Shown: positions 48,116 through 58,947, numbered from the stretch's first letter. The stretch: DNA of 64,000 bases from Promethearchaeota archaeon (GCA_016840085.1 JAEOTA010000088.1:64001-128000), one strand, 5' to 3'. The notes: generated by a model from the sequence alone, not told the origin. Numbers and translations are program-made.

Positions 48116-49039
48116 ATGGTAGGGAAAATTAGAAGTATTATACATCTATTGCGAATACGTCAGTATTATAAAAATGTAATGGTATTTGCAGGGATTTTTT
48201 TTAGTGAAAAACTATTTGATACATCTCTTTATTTTAACCTTATATTAGGTTTTGTACTTTTATGCTGTGCCTCTTCCTTTAATTATATTATTAATGATAT
48301 TAGAGATATCGAAAGTGATAAAAAACATCCAGAAAAGTTGAAAAAAAGACCCCTTGCCTCTGGAGCTCTATCTCTATATTTCGCTATAATAATATTATTT
48401 GCATTAGCTGGTTTAATTATATTATCTCTTATTTTCCTAATTCCTAATATAGGTCTTATCTTTATGATTGCTTTAATAATCATAACTGGTCAACTTTATA
48501 ATCATGTTTTCAAGAAATTTGCTTTCATTGATATTCTTATTCTATCTACTGGATATTTATGGAGAACATTAGCAGGATGCATGATAATTGAGGAATATGT
48601 TTCTGCATGGTTATTTTTAGCTATTTTTGAGGTAGCTATCTTTTTAAGCATAGCTAAGAGAAAAGGGGATTTGAAATTTCTTGAGAAAGATATAGCAGTC
48701 GAGCATAAGAAGGTCTATGATCAATACTCTTTAAAGTTATTAGATCAATTTCACATCATCATTGCAGGCTCTTTGTTTATGACTTATTCTCTCTACCTAA
48801 TTTTAAAATTTAATTTATTTGAGCCTGGAATCGCCAATTTTTATGAATATATTGCAATAATTACAATCCCTTTAGCTTTATATATTCTTATGAGATATAT
48901 GTATTTGACTTCAGCAAAACCAGAAATTGCCCGCAATACCGAGAAAGCATTTCTGGATAAAGGAATTGTGATTGCCGGATTATTACTAATAATTATTCTA
49001 TTTTTCTCTTTCTATTTCGATATAGTATTTAATATTTGA
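48116..49039 (+). CDS. UbiA family prenyltransferase (polyprenyl-phosphate phosphoribosyltransferase-like)
   Basis: RIRQYYKN, YIINDIRDIESDKKHPEK.KRPLASG, KRKGD. Confidence 0.88.
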   Translation: MVGKIRSIIHLLRIRQYYKNVMVFAGIFFSEKLFDTSLYFNLILGFVLLCCASSFNYIINDIRDIESDKKHPEKLKKRPLASGALSLYFAIIILFALAGLIILSLIFLIPNIGLIFMIALIIITGQLYNHVFKKFAFIDILILSTGYLWRTLAGCMIIEEYVSAWLFLAIFEVAIFLSIAKRKGDLKFLEKDIAVEHKKVYDQYSLKLLDQFHIIIAGSLFMTYSLYLILKFNLFEPGIANFYEYIAIITIPLALYILMRYMYLTSAKPEIARNTEKAFLDKGIVIAGLLLIIILFFSFYFDIVFNI

Positions 49040-49264
49040 AATCTGAGAAAAGAAATCCCATTTTTTACCCACTTCTAAGCTCTCAAGAGTTAGATACAGT
49101 ATAATTCAAATATATTGATAATTCCTAAATAGAGGGGTACAATAATAAATAAAACTACAATACAGAATAAATTCTCAAATTCCGAAGACTTATTTATATT
49201 TATGATTGCCATACATACAATAAATAGTTATGATTTCAAGAAATAATAAAAAAAAAAAGATAAA

Positions 49265-49304
49265 ACTTATAAGTATACGAATTTAACAACATATTTAACA
49301 ACAT
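49265..49304 (+). promoter_or_regulatory. Candidate TATA palindrome plus 12-bp tandem direct repeat upstream of the ABC binding-protein gene
   Basis: ACTTATAAGT at 49265..49274; ATTTAACAACAT twice at 49281..49304. Confidence 0.4.
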
Positions 49305-49349
49305 ATATAAAAAAAATTAAAAACACACACAATATATAGTGAATTCAAT

Positions 49350-51152
49350 ATGGAAAAGAAAAATTTAGCAATAATTGTCTTAGCTATTGCACTCGCTGCT
49401 TCAGGAGTTGGCAATGTTATTCTTGGCGTTATGACTGGATTTGTCCAATTAGCTCCCGAAGAGAAACAAACATTGGTTATTGGCTATGGATCAAATCCTG
49501 CAGAGCTTGATCCTCTTGATACATGGGACGTACCTTCCCACAATATGCAACACCAGGTTGTAGAAGGTCTAGTTAAATATGATATAACAACTCATCCTAA
49601 TTATACGATAAAACCTGTACTTGCTGAATCTTGGGAATGGATTAGTGCCTCAGAAATCAAATTTAACATAAGAAAGGGTGTGAGATTCCATGATGGAGAA
49701 TTGTGTACTGCTGAAGAAATAAAATGGAATTTTGAAAGAGTTCAGTGGTTTATTAATGCCAGTGGTGATCTTCCTGCTAATGAAACTTCTTGGCCAGCAT
49801 TTCCAGGGTCATTATACTTTTTCTCTGATGGTACCCCTATCTTTAAAGAGTTTAGAGCAGATAGTACATATGAGTTTACAATAGTCACAACTAAACCTAT
49901 GTCAGCGTTATTAGATTTACTTTGTTTTAGTGCAACCTATATTATGTCACCTGCTTCTACCCCTAGATATACATATCTAGATTTAGCAGAGGATATTCTA
50001 GTTGGTACTGGTCCTTATGAATATATACGCTTTGAAAGAGATAAAGAAATAAGATTGGAGGTTAATGAACATTACTGGGGTGAAAAACCCTATTTTGAAG
50101 AAGTAGTAATGTATATCATCGAAGATGATACAGCTAGAATGACTGCTGGGTTAGCTGGAGTATTTGATCTGGTTGGCGGTGTACCAAAGTCATTTATTGA
50201 CACATTTAAAGCTGACGATGATTTCATTGTGAAAGATGTTGGTGAAGATCTCTGCTACTGGTACTTAGAAATTTACTGTGGACCAAAAGATGAAAATGGG
50301 GATTGGCTTGAAACAGGTTCTAATAAATATCAAGCCCAGAAAAATCCTGCATACTTGAGACGAGCTCTTGCATATGCGGTCAACTATTCATATATCTGGG
50401 AAGAAATTAAAGCTGGATATTCTGTTGAAGGAACCACAGCAGTTCCTAGGACTATGCCTGGAAATAATGCATCTGTTGTCCAGGCAAGTGACGAGAAATT
50501 CGATTGGGAGGACAATGTCGAGAAAGCAAGACAACTCTTGAAAGATAATGCTGCTGATATAGTAACAAGAGGAGGAATGAATGTTTCTGGATTCGCTGTT
50601 GATAAAGATTCGGATTGGAAAGGTAAAAATATCCTTGGAAGAAAACTTGCATTAAACAGACACTTTGGAAGCGTTACTAATCTCCGGTTAAATCAATTAA
50701 TGGCAGCAAACTTTGATTTGCTTGGAATCCAAACTGAAGAAACAATAAGACATTGGGATCCCTATTTAGAAACAGGAGAAAACACTCCGTGGGAGATGGA
50801 TATTGGATATGTTGGATGGTGTCCAGATTACCTAAATCCATTCAATATGATTGATCCATTATTCAACTTAGCTTCTGGCTCATGCTTTTCACGAATTAAT
50901 GATACCAGCCCTGGGGGTTTAACAGCATTAATGGAAGCTGCTGCAGCTGAAACTGATAGGGATACTCAATTAGATCTTTATAGGGACATCCAATCATTAA
51001 TTTATGATGTAGAACGTCCATTAAATCCAGCAAGCCACACTCATATCTCAGGTTGGTCTGATTTGGTACAATCAACTCATAAGGCCAACTTAATGAAACC
51101 ATACACTACTTTGTCATATACTGAATATGCTCTATTCTACTGGGAAGATTAA
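49350..51152 (+). CDS. Peptide/nickel ABC transporter substrate-binding protein (family 5)
   Basis: LDP, EGLV, LAESW, RKGVRFHDG, GTGPY, LRRALAYAVN, GWCPDY. Confidence 0.93.
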   Translation: MEKKNLAIIVLAIALAASGVGNVILGVMTGFVQLAPEEKQTLVIGYGSNPAELDPLDTWDVPSHNMQHQVVEGLVKYDITTHPNYTIKPVLAESWEWISASEIKFNIRKGVRFHDGELCTAEEIKWNFERVQWFINASGDLPANETSWPAFPGSLYFFSDGTPIFKEFRADSTYEFTIVTTKPMSALLDLLCFSATYIMSPASTPRYTYLDLAEDILVGTGPYEYIRFERDKEIRLEVNEHYWGEKPYFEEVVMYIIEDDTARMTAGLAGVFDLVGGVPKSFIDTFKADDDFIVKDVGEDLCYWYLEIYCGPKDENGDWLETGSNKYQAQKNPAYLRRALAYAVNYSYIWEEIKAGYSVEGTTAVPRTMPGNNASVVQASDEKFDWEDNVEKARQLLKDNAADIVTRGGMNVSGFAVDKDSDWKGKNILGRKLALNRHFGSVTNLRLNQLMAANFDLLGIQTEETIRHWDPYLETGENTPWEMDIGYVGWCPDYLNPFNMIDPLFNLASGSCFSRINDTSPGGLTALMEAAAAETDRDTQLDLYRDIQSLIYDVERPLNPASHTHISGWSDLVQSTHKANLMKPYTTLSYTEYALFYWED

Positions 51153-51199
51153 ATATAAATAGCTATAAATATATACATTTAAAACTTAACAAATTAATC

Positions 51200-51211
51200 T
51201 TTTTTTTTTTT
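51200..51211 (+). terminator. Oligo-T archaeal terminator
   Basis: T12 run about 50 bp after the SBP stop codon. Confidence 0.55.
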
Positions 51212-51598
51212 CTACTTATTTAATTATATTGTAATTATTAGATTCAAAAATGGTGTTTTGATATCAATTTATAAATCTACACTTCTTTTTGAATTTATTT
51301 TAGAAGTAATAAACGATTTAAGTTAAGTAAATGCATATTTACAGCTGTGTCTCTCTATAATTACGATTTGTGAGGATAATTTGATTGTGTTAATTTTAAT
51401 TAAATTAAGATTTAAATAATTAGTATCTACCAAAATTTATTACCATAATTAAAATATATAGGATGCACATGTCAAGATAAGTTAATGATTTCTCAAACAA
51501 ATGGAATATTTAATAAAGGATCAAATCTAAATAATTTTAAGTTTTCAATTTACATAATAATGTAAAAATTCACTTACAAATTGGTTCGAGAATAGACG

Positions 51599-52084
51599 AT
51601 GAAATTTTCGAAAATTCACCTTGGTCGGCAAGGAAATTTTATATTAGGGTTATTATTGCTTTATTTTGTATTATTTGGATATATAGCTAATGCATATCCA
51701 AGATACATAGATGTAGATTTAAATAAAACCGTTCAATCAGCAATTGGGCTAAAATTAATCTTTTTATATCAAATATTTTTTAATATAAGGACATTCTGGT
51801 CATTTATAATTCTTTTTGCTATTATTTTTTTCGTTGCACTTAGAGAACCATTTTATGAATACGCAATTAGAAATAGTATATGGTATATTCCAGCAATACT
51901 TATAATGTCGTGGATTTGGTATTGGATACTCTATGGTTTTGATCCTACTGTGTTTTATATTTATTTTATTAGAGTTGAAGGTTATATAACAATATTGACC
52001 CTATTAGGTACTAATCTATCAGCGGCAATATTAGCTTCTGTAATAAATGAGAAGCGAAAATTGATGCGAGAAATTGAAATTTAA
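51599..52084 (+). CDS. Small 4-TM membrane protein at the head of the ABC permease operon
   Basis: Hydrophobic ORF 24 bp upstream of dppB. Confidence 0.7.
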   Translation: MKFSKIHLGRQGNFILGLLLLYFVLFGYIANAYPRYIDVDLNKTVQSAIGLKLIFLYQIFFNIRTFWSFIILFAIIFFVALREPFYEYAIRNSIWYIPAILIMSWIWYWILYGFDPTVFYIYFIRVEGYITILTLLGTNLSAAILASVINEKRKLMREIEI

Positions 52085-52108
52085 TCAAAAATATTAAGAG
52101 GTATAATA

Positions 52109-53140
52109 ATGAGTTTATTAAAATATATAATTAGAAGAATTATAGTAATGATTCCTGTATTGTTCGGTGTATTAACCTTAACCTTTATACTTACTCGATT
52201 GATGCCTGACAACCCTGTCACTGCTCGATTAGCTGCTGCTGGAGTACATAACGCCGCACCAGAAGTCGTCCAACAGATGAAATGCCAACTTGGACTCTGT
52301 GATCCAATAATTATACAATATTTTCGATATATAGGCGAAGTATTTACTGGTCAGTGGGGAGTATCTGTGTCTATTGTCCACAATCAAGAAGTTTGGGATC
52401 TAGTAATGGGGAGGATGCCTTTAACAGTAGATTTAACACTATTTTCTATTGTAATTGCTTCATTTATAGGAATTAAGGCAGGAGTTTTTTCTGCAGTCCA
52501 TAGAAATAGAACACCTGATACTGTTGTTAGAGGCCTCGCTTTAGTAGGAGTGGCAATTCCAGTATTTTTTCTCGGAATGTTACTTCAATATACGCTAGGT
52601 TATCAATTACATTGGTTTGAACCAACGGGTTATCTAACTCCTACAAATCAAAATCCTCCATTTGTCACTGGTTTCATCTTGATTGATTCACTTTTATCGG
52701 GACAATGGTATTTAATTGGAGATTATTTATGGCATATGTTTCTACCTGTATTTTGTTTATCATTTATAATGCTGGCAGGGATAACAAGACAAACACGTTC
52801 CAGCATGCTGGAAGTGATGGAACAAGATTTTGTAAGAACAGCTAGAGCAAAAGGTTGTAAAGAAAAAGTAGTTATACATTCACACGCATTAAGAAATGCC
52901 CTTATTCCCACTGTAACTATTATTGGATTGAGTATTGCAGGTTTATTAGGGGGTGCAGTTCTAACTGAGGCCACCTTTGGTTTAAATGGAATGGGAAAAT
53001 TATTTATTGATGCTATTTTGCTCTCTGATTATTGGGTAATATCCGCATTGGTGTTTATGATAACAATCATCTTCATTGTAGCAAATTTATTTACAGATGT
53101 TATCTATGCAATACTAGATCCAAGAATAAGATACACATAA
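52109..53140 (+). CDS. dppB: Peptide ABC permease DppB/OppB
   Basis: YIIRR, RSSMLEVMEQDFVRTARAKG (EAA), HALRNA, LDPRI. Confidence 0.93.
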   Translation: MSLLKYIIRRIIVMIPVLFGVLTLTFILTRLMPDNPVTARLAAAGVHNAAPEVVQQMKCQLGLCDPIIIQYFRYIGEVFTGQWGVSVSIVHNQEVWDLVMGRMPLTVDLTLFSIVIASFIGIKAGVFSAVHRNRTPDTVVRGLALVGVAIPVFFLGMLLQYTLGYQLHWFEPTGYLTPTNQNPPFVTGFILIDSLLSGQWYLIGDYLWHMFLPVFCLSFIMLAGITRQTRSSMLEVMEQDFVRTARAKGCKEKVVIHSHALRNALIPTVTIIGLSIAGLLGGAVLTEATFGLNGMGKLFIDAILLSDYWVISALVFMITIIFIVANLFTDVIYAILDPRIRYT

Positions 53141-53161
53141 AGAAAAAAATAGGTAAAAAAA

Positions 53162-54169
53162 ATGGAAAAATCTTATGTAGTAGTAGAAGAAGAATTAGAA
53201 GAAGTGGAAGAGAAAGAAAAAATTATAAGAAATATTTTATCTTGGATTTCTAAGAATATTAAATTTCTTGTCCTTCCAGGATCTAGAATAGAAGAATTAT
53301 CAACTCGTCAATTCGAATATGAAAAAAATACTAGTAAAAGAAATCTAATACTACGATTAAAAAATCCATTGACTATTTTAGGGTTTTGTATCATCTTTTT
53401 TATTATAACTTTAGCTGTGTACGCACCATGGTTATCTCCTCAAAGTTTTGAAGATGCAATGCTACCTCATAGTGGTTCATGGAATCCTCCATCTCCAGAA
53501 CATCCTTTTGGACAGACAGTTATGGGGGGTGATATATTATCACGATTAATATGGGGCGCTAGGACTTCTTTAACAATCTCTTTACCATCGATTTCCATTA
53601 GTGTAAGTGGTGGTATAATATTAGGTGTTATTTCAGCATACTATGGTGGATGGGTTGATTCTATAATAATGAGGATCTGTGATATCTTTCTTGCTTTTCC
53701 AGCATTAGTTCTTTCATTAGTCCTTATAGGTATTTTGGGTCCCACTATTGAGGTCATTTTATTGGTGTGGGGATTTTTAGGAATTCCTATCTATGCAAGA
53801 CTGATTAGAGGTAGTGTTTTACAGGCTCGTGAACTTCCTTATATAGAGGCAGCTAGAGTTGCTGGTGCAGGAAGTTGGAGAATTATGTTTCGCCACATTT
53901 TACCTAACGTAATACAGCCGATTATTGTGTTTTTTACTTTTGATATTGGTGCTTATATCTTAGGTTTAGCAGGACTTTCTTTTCTTGGTATGAATCAATC
54001 TGTGTTGATTGAATGGGGAAATGATATTAGCGTGGCAAGAGAGAATCCTTATGATGCACCTTGGGCGGGTTTATGGCCTGGATTTATGATCTTCCTAACT
54101 GTTTTAGGTTTTATGTTAGTTGGTGATGGCTTAAGGGATGCTTTAGATCCACGATTGAAAAACTTATAA
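53162..54169 (+). CDS. dppC: Peptide ABC permease DppC/OppC
   Basis: HPFG, GARTSL, YIEAARVAGA, HILPN, GDGLRDALDP. Confidence 0.93.
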   Translation: MEKSYVVVEEELEEVEEKEKIIRNILSWISKNIKFLVLPGSRIEELSTRQFEYEKNTSKRNLILRLKNPLTILGFCIIFFIITLAVYAPWLSPQSFEDAMLPHSGSWNPPSPEHPFGQTVMGGDILSRLIWGARTSLTISLPSISISVSGGIILGVISAYYGGWVDSIIMRICDIFLAFPALVLSLVLIGILGPTIEVILLVWGFLGIPIYARLIRGSVLQARELPYIEAARVAGAGSWRIMFRHILPNVIQPIIVFFTFDIGAYILGLAGLSFLGMNQSVLIEWGNDISVARENPYDAPWAGLWPGFMIFLTVLGFMLVGDGLRDALDPRLKNL

Positions 54170-54221
54170 TTAAATCTTACATTTTTTTTTAATAATTTTA
54201 ACTATAGGAAAAAAGGGAATA

Positions 54222-55484
54222 ATGGAAATAGTAGAAAATGAGAAAGAAGCCGTAGCTACTGCTAAAATTGAATCAAAACCTTGGAAAAAATTACTCGAAG
54301 TTAAGAATTTAAAAACATATTTTTATACTGAAGAAGGTATAGTTAAAGCAGTTGATGGAGTAAATTTTGACATTTATGAGGATGAAGTCCTTGGTCTTGT
54401 TGGTGAAACAGGATGCGGTAAATCTGTTACAGCACTTTCAATTTTACAACTTGTAAGAGCCCCAGGTAAAATCATTGATGGAATAACCATCTTTAAAGGA
54501 GAGAATCTTTTAGAATTAAAGGAAAATGAGATGCGTGAGCGTCGTGGTAAGGACATTACTATGATCTTTCAAGATCCTTTAAATTCTCTCAATCCTGTAT
54601 TTACAGTCGGTAAACAAATTTCAGAGGTCTTCTTATTACATCAAGAAACAGATCTTAAAAGAGGACTTGATAATCGTTTATTAGAAAGAGCAAAAAAAAA
54701 AGAAGAAAAAAATAATTTAAAAGCATTACTTGAGGATGAAGAAAGCGGCTTATCAGAGGAAGAGAAGAACGAAATTAAAGCCAAAATTAAAGAGCTTAAA
54801 AAAGAAACAGCTCATATCCCCAAATTAGAAGAGATAAAATGGGAGTGGGCTGAAAAAATAATAACTGAAGTAGGGATTCCAGATGCAAGTGGAATATTAA
54901 AACGATATCCTCATGAATTAAGTGGCGGTATGAGACAACGTGTCATGATAGCTATGGCACTTTCATGTAATCCAGCACTTCTGATTGCAGATGAGCCTAC
55001 TACTGCTTTAGATGTTACAATTCAGGCTCAAATTCTTGATTTGATGAAAGGTTTGAAAGAAAGATTTAAAACTTCAATCCTTATTATAACTCACGACTTG
55101 GGAATTATAGCTGAATTGTGCGATAGAGTTGCTGTAATGTATAGTGGCAATATCGTTGAATATGCAACCGCAGAACATTTATTCCAAAATCCACGTCATC
55201 CATATACAATAGGATTGATTGGAGCGATTCCAAGTATAGAAAAAAAGGATCAAAAATTACAAACTATTCGAGGAATGGTCCCAAATCTCATTTATCCCCC
55301 ATCAGGTTGTAGATTCCATCCCAGATGTGATCATAGACTTGAAATTTGTGATAAAATCAAGCCACAATTAACTGAAATTGCTGATAGATATTTTGTGGCT
55401 TGCCATCTTTTTGATCCAAAGTATAAAGATTCACCTAAATATGTGTGGACTGAAGAAGAAAAAGAAGTTTCTTTGAGAGTATAA
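54222..55484 (+). CDS. dppD: Peptide ABC ATPase DppD/OppD
   Basis: GETGCGKS, YPHELSGGMRQR, IADEPT, HPYT, GCRFHPRC. Confidence 0.93.
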   Translation: MEIVENEKEAVATAKIESKPWKKLLEVKNLKTYFYTEEGIVKAVDGVNFDIYEDEVLGLVGETGCGKSVTALSILQLVRAPGKIIDGITIFKGENLLELKENEMRERRGKDITMIFQDPLNSLNPVFTVGKQISEVFLLHQETDLKRGLDNRLLERAKKKEEKNNLKALLEDEESGLSEEEKNEIKAKIKELKKETAHIPKLEEIKWEWAEKIITEVGIPDASGILKRYPHELSGGMRQRVMIAMALSCNPALLIADEPTTALDVTIQAQILDLMKGLKERFKTSILIITHDLGIIAELCDRVAVMYSGNIVEYATAEHLFQNPRHPYTIGLIGAIPSIEKKDQKLQTIRGMVPNLIYPPSGCRFHPRCDHRLEICDKIKPQLTEIADRYFVACHLFDPKYKDSPKYVWTEEEKEVSLRV

Positions 55485-55516
55485 AATTGAAAATTCAATA
55501 TTAATTACCAAAAAAA

Positions 55517-56785
55517 TTGTCTAAAATGACTGTTCCAGAATTAAAGACTAAAAAAACTGAATTAGGAAAAACAAGAAAGTATAATAATAAACGAGATGCG
55601 ATAATAACCGTAAAGAATCTTAAGACGTATTATCCTATATATGGAGGAATGTTCAAGCGTAAAGTAGGGGAAGTCAAAGCTGTTGATGGTGTCACATTTA
55701 ATTTTTATAGAAATGAAACTTTAGGATTAGTTGGAGAGAGTGGTTGCGGAAAGACAACAATTGGGAATACAATTTTAAGATTAGTACCAAATACCGATGG
55801 AGAGATTTATTATGAAGACCTGAGAATTGATCCAAGAAAAGTACAAGGATTACTTGAACGATGGATAAGTAGATATAAGACTTTAGTACTCTATGCAATT
55901 CCAGGAATCTATGAAAAAAATAAAGAAAAATTTGAAAAGTGGATGTCTAGATTACCCTCATTTCTCTATAAACGATATAAAAGGCTTAAAATTGATATTA
56001 AAATACTTCAGAGAGATTTTCTTGTAGGTAAATTTATCCGTAAAAGAATTCAAATGGTTTTTCAAGATCCAGATGCATCCTTAAATCCTAGGTGGAAAGT
56101 AGTAAATATTATCGGTGAACCCCTCAAAATATTGGAAGGAATTACTAAAAAAAGAAAAATTCGAGCAAGGGTTTTAGAACTCCTTCAAACAGTATCTATG
56201 AAGCCTGAACACTTGGATCGATATCCCCATGAATTTTCGGGGGGACAAAAGCAGAGAATAGTGATTGCTAGGGCTTTGGCATGTAATCCTGAAGTAATTA
56301 TCTTAGATGAGCCCACTTCTGCTCTTGATGTGTCCGTGCAGGCTCAAATATTGAATTTATTAAAAGAACTTCAAAAAGAATTTGATCTTTCATTTCTCTT
56401 TATTACTCATGATCTTAGTGTTGTACAACATATTGCTGACAGAATCGCAGTAATGTATTTAGGCAAATTTGTCGAAACTGGAGCGGTAGATGAGGTATTT
56501 TATAATCCGTCTCATCCATATACTAAAGCATTATTGTCTGCACGACCTACATTCGATCCTACTTCAAAAACAAACAGAATTATTTTAGAAGGCGATGTTC
56601 CAAGCCCTATTAATCCACCAGAAGGATGTCCGTTTCATCCAAGATGTCCTGAAAAAGACAAACATATCGGCTGTGGTGTTGAAAATCCAAGGAAAATTCA
56701 TTTAGGTGGAGACCATTATATAGTATGTCTACCATTTAAGGATGAGAAAAAATCCTATGAAGGCATGGAATATATATCAGATTAA
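55517..56785 (+). CDS. dppF: Peptide ABC ATPase DppF/OppF
   Basis: GESGCGKT, YPHEFSGGQKQR, LDEPTSALDVSVQAQ, GCPFHPRC. Confidence 0.93.
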   Translation: MSKMTVPELKTKKTELGKTRKYNNKRDAIITVKNLKTYYPIYGGMFKRKVGEVKAVDGVTFNFYRNETLGLVGESGCGKTTIGNTILRLVPNTDGEIYYEDLRIDPRKVQGLLERWISRYKTLVLYAIPGIYEKNKEKFEKWMSRLPSFLYKRYKRLKIDIKILQRDFLVGKFIRKRIQMVFQDPDASLNPRWKVVNIIGEPLKILEGITKKRKIRARVLELLQTVSMKPEHLDRYPHEFSGGQKQRIVIARALACNPEVIILDEPTSALDVSVQAQILNLLKELQKEFDLSFLFITHDLSVVQHIADRIAVMYLGKFVETGAVDEVFYNPSHPYTKALLSARPTFDPTSKTNRIILEGDVPSPINPPEGCPFHPRCPEKDKHIGCGVENPRKIHLGGDHYIVCLPFKDEKKSYEGMEYISD

Positions 56786-56798
56786 ATAAATTCAAATC

Positions 56799-56817
56799 TT
56801 TTTTTCGATTTTTTTTT
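56799..56817 (+). terminator. Oligo-T terminator
   Basis: T7-CGA-T9 just after the dppF stop. Confidence 0.55.
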
Positions 56818-56930
56818 ATATATCTATATCATATCAATAATTCTTATTTCTAATTATAAATTTCAATAATTAACATATTGAAATAATTCAATTATATGAT
56901 ATTAAAATAACATATTCTTTTTCTCATAAA

Positions 56931-58100
56931 ATGACACGAAAGAATTCTCAAATATTCATAATTAAAACAACACCTAAAACAATTTTGAAGGATTACCAGA
57001 AATTAATGCACATGGCCAATTATCAACAATATTATGATAAAAATAGCAAAATTATTCTTAAATTAAACTTGAGTTGGTCAAAGTTTTTTCCTGCTTGTTC
57101 TAGCCCACCATGGCAAGTTGAAGGTGTGCTTAAAACAATGGTTGAGGATGGTTATGATTCGAAGAAAATCTATGGTGCTGAAAATAGAACTGTTGTTACA
57201 AATATTGAAAGAGGTTTAAAAGGAAATAAGTGGAATCCAATCATTAAAAAATACGGTGTTTGGTTTGTGCCTTTAACTAGGATTCCATTTGTTCCATATG
57301 ATACTTTAAGACCTAAATTTTTAACATTGAAAAATAAAAAATTATTCGTATTAGATACTAAAATTTTTCCAGAGGGTTTTAGAATACCTAAATTTTACGT
57401 AGGGAAACCAATAATACACCTCCCTACAATGAAAACCCATGGACATACTGGAGCAGTAGGGGGAAGTTTAAAACATACAAAAGAAGAATTAAAACATGGT
57501 GGTATTACTTGTGCTATGAAAAATGCATTTGGTGGGCTATTAACAACAAGAAGGCATTTTTCGCATCAATTTATGTCCGAAGTTTTAGTTGATCTATTAA
57601 TTATTCAAAAACAAATTCATCCTCGTATATTCGCGGTTGTTGACGGAACTGTATGTGGGGATGGAGCAGGTCCTCGAATAATGATTCCTCGAATAAAGAA
57701 TTATTTACTCGCGGGGTATGATCAAGTTGCTGTTGATACAATTGTTGCTAAAATGATGGGGTTTGAACCATTAAAATTGCCTGCCATAAAACTCGCACAT
57801 GATGAAGGTTTAGGATGTGGAGATTTCGATCAAATTGAAATAATAGGAGAAGATATATCAAATTTAAATTGGAATTTCAAAGTTAAACGTAGTATAGTTA
57901 TTTGGGGAGATCAAATGGTACGAAAAGGGCCATTACAATTTCTTTATCCCTTATTTCGAAGCGATCTCTTTTTTTTAGGGCCGACTTATGCTTCTATGAT
58001 ATACCATGATATGTTTTGGTATCCTATAATTGGCAAGCACAGAATAAAGAAATTCTATCGTACAGAATGGGGTAAAATATTCAAAAATTATGAAAAATAA
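56931..58100 (+). CDS. DUF362 domain protein
   Basis: KLNLSW, LPTMKTH, TCAMKNAFG, VDGTVCGDGAGP, DQVAVD. Confidence 0.85.
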   Translation: MTRKNSQIFIIKTTPKTILKDYQKLMHMANYQQYYDKNSKIILKLNLSWSKFFPACSSPPWQVEGVLKTMVEDGYDSKKIYGAENRTVVTNIERGLKGNKWNPIIKKYGVWFVPLTRIPFVPYDTLRPKFLTLKNKKLFVLDTKIFPEGFRIPKFYVGKPIIHLPTMKTHGHTGAVGGSLKHTKEELKHGGITCAMKNAFGGLLTTRRHFSHQFMSEVLVDLLIIQKQIHPRIFAVVDGTVCGDGAGPRIMIPRIKNYLLAGYDQVAVDTIVAKMMGFEPLKLPAIKLAHDEGLGCGDFDQIEIIGEDISNLNWNFKVKRSIVIWGDQMVRKGPLQFLYPLFRSDLFFLGPTYASMIYHDMFWYPIIGKHRIKKFYRTEWGKIFKNYEK

Positions 58101-58123
58101 TTTGGATCCAACTAATTATTGTG

Positions 58124-58930
58124 TTAGTTGTACCTTACAAAATGATTTAATTTTAAGATGTTTTTTATTTTCTTTTTAAAATCAAAGATTAAGCCAGATT
58201 CTTTCAGCTTTAAATGAATAAAAAATTCGATTGAGCCCTCTTTGCCTAATAGAGGTGATTTAATAACTTCATATGGATAAAATTGATTTTTAATACTCCA
58301 TTGAATTAAATCATTGAGGATTTGAAAAAGTTTTATAGGATCCTCTATATTATCAAATCTACCTTTATTTTGGAATTCAGTCTCAAAAATCGGTTTTACT
58401 AAAACAATAATATCACCACTATTTTTTAGTAGATTCTTTATATTTGGAAGGATTGCTTTTAATGACGTGAATGTAACATCAATAGTACATATATCCGCCC
58501 TTTCTTCAATATTTAAAGAATTACGAGCATCTGCACCCAATATTGGAATTACTTTCCCTTTCATTTTCTCGCAACTTAATGATGGGTGGAGTAGATCAGT
58601 AGCAGTGTCAATAGCATAAACTTTTTTTGCTCCATGTTTTATCAAACAATCTGTAAATCCACCTACTGATGCTCCAATATCTATACATATTTTACACTCA
58701 ACTGGAACAGAAAAATCTCTTAATGCTGCTTCTAATTTTAATCCTCCGCGACCAACATAAGGAAATCTCTTCGTTAACTGAATTTTAAGAGAATTATCTA
58801 TTCTTCTTCCTGGTTTCACTATTTTTTTTCCACTAACGAATACATAACCACTCTTTATTAACCATTGTGCTTTTGTTCTGCTTTCTACTAATCTTCTTTC
58901 TACTAACAGAATATCAATTCTTTCTTTCAT
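58124..58930 (-). CDS. tlyA: TlyA family rRNA 2'-O-methyltransferase (S4 + FtsJ)
   Basis: RIDILL..ESRTKAQ, YVGRGGLKL, DIGASVGGFTD, DVTFTSL, LVKPIFE. Confidence 0.92.
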   Translation of the reverse strand: MKERIDILLVERRLVESRTKAQWLIKSGYVFVSGKKIVKPGRRIDNSLKIQLTKRFPYVGRGGLKLEAALRDFSVPVECKICIDIGASVGGFTDCLIKHGAKKVYAIDTATDLLHPSLSCEKMKGKVIPILGADARNSLNIEERADICTIDVTFTSLKAILPNIKNLLKNSGDIIVLVKPIFETEFQNKGRFDNIEDPIKLFQILNDLIQWSIKNQFYPYEVIKSPLLGKEGSIEFFIHLKLKESGLIFDFKKKIKNILKLNHFVRYN

Positions 58931-58947
58931 TGATTAAGTTTTATTCC

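Noticed and set aside
51153-51598. 446-bp intergenic gap as a hidden gene or riboswitch
   Set aside because: Only very short ORFs and no stable structure evident
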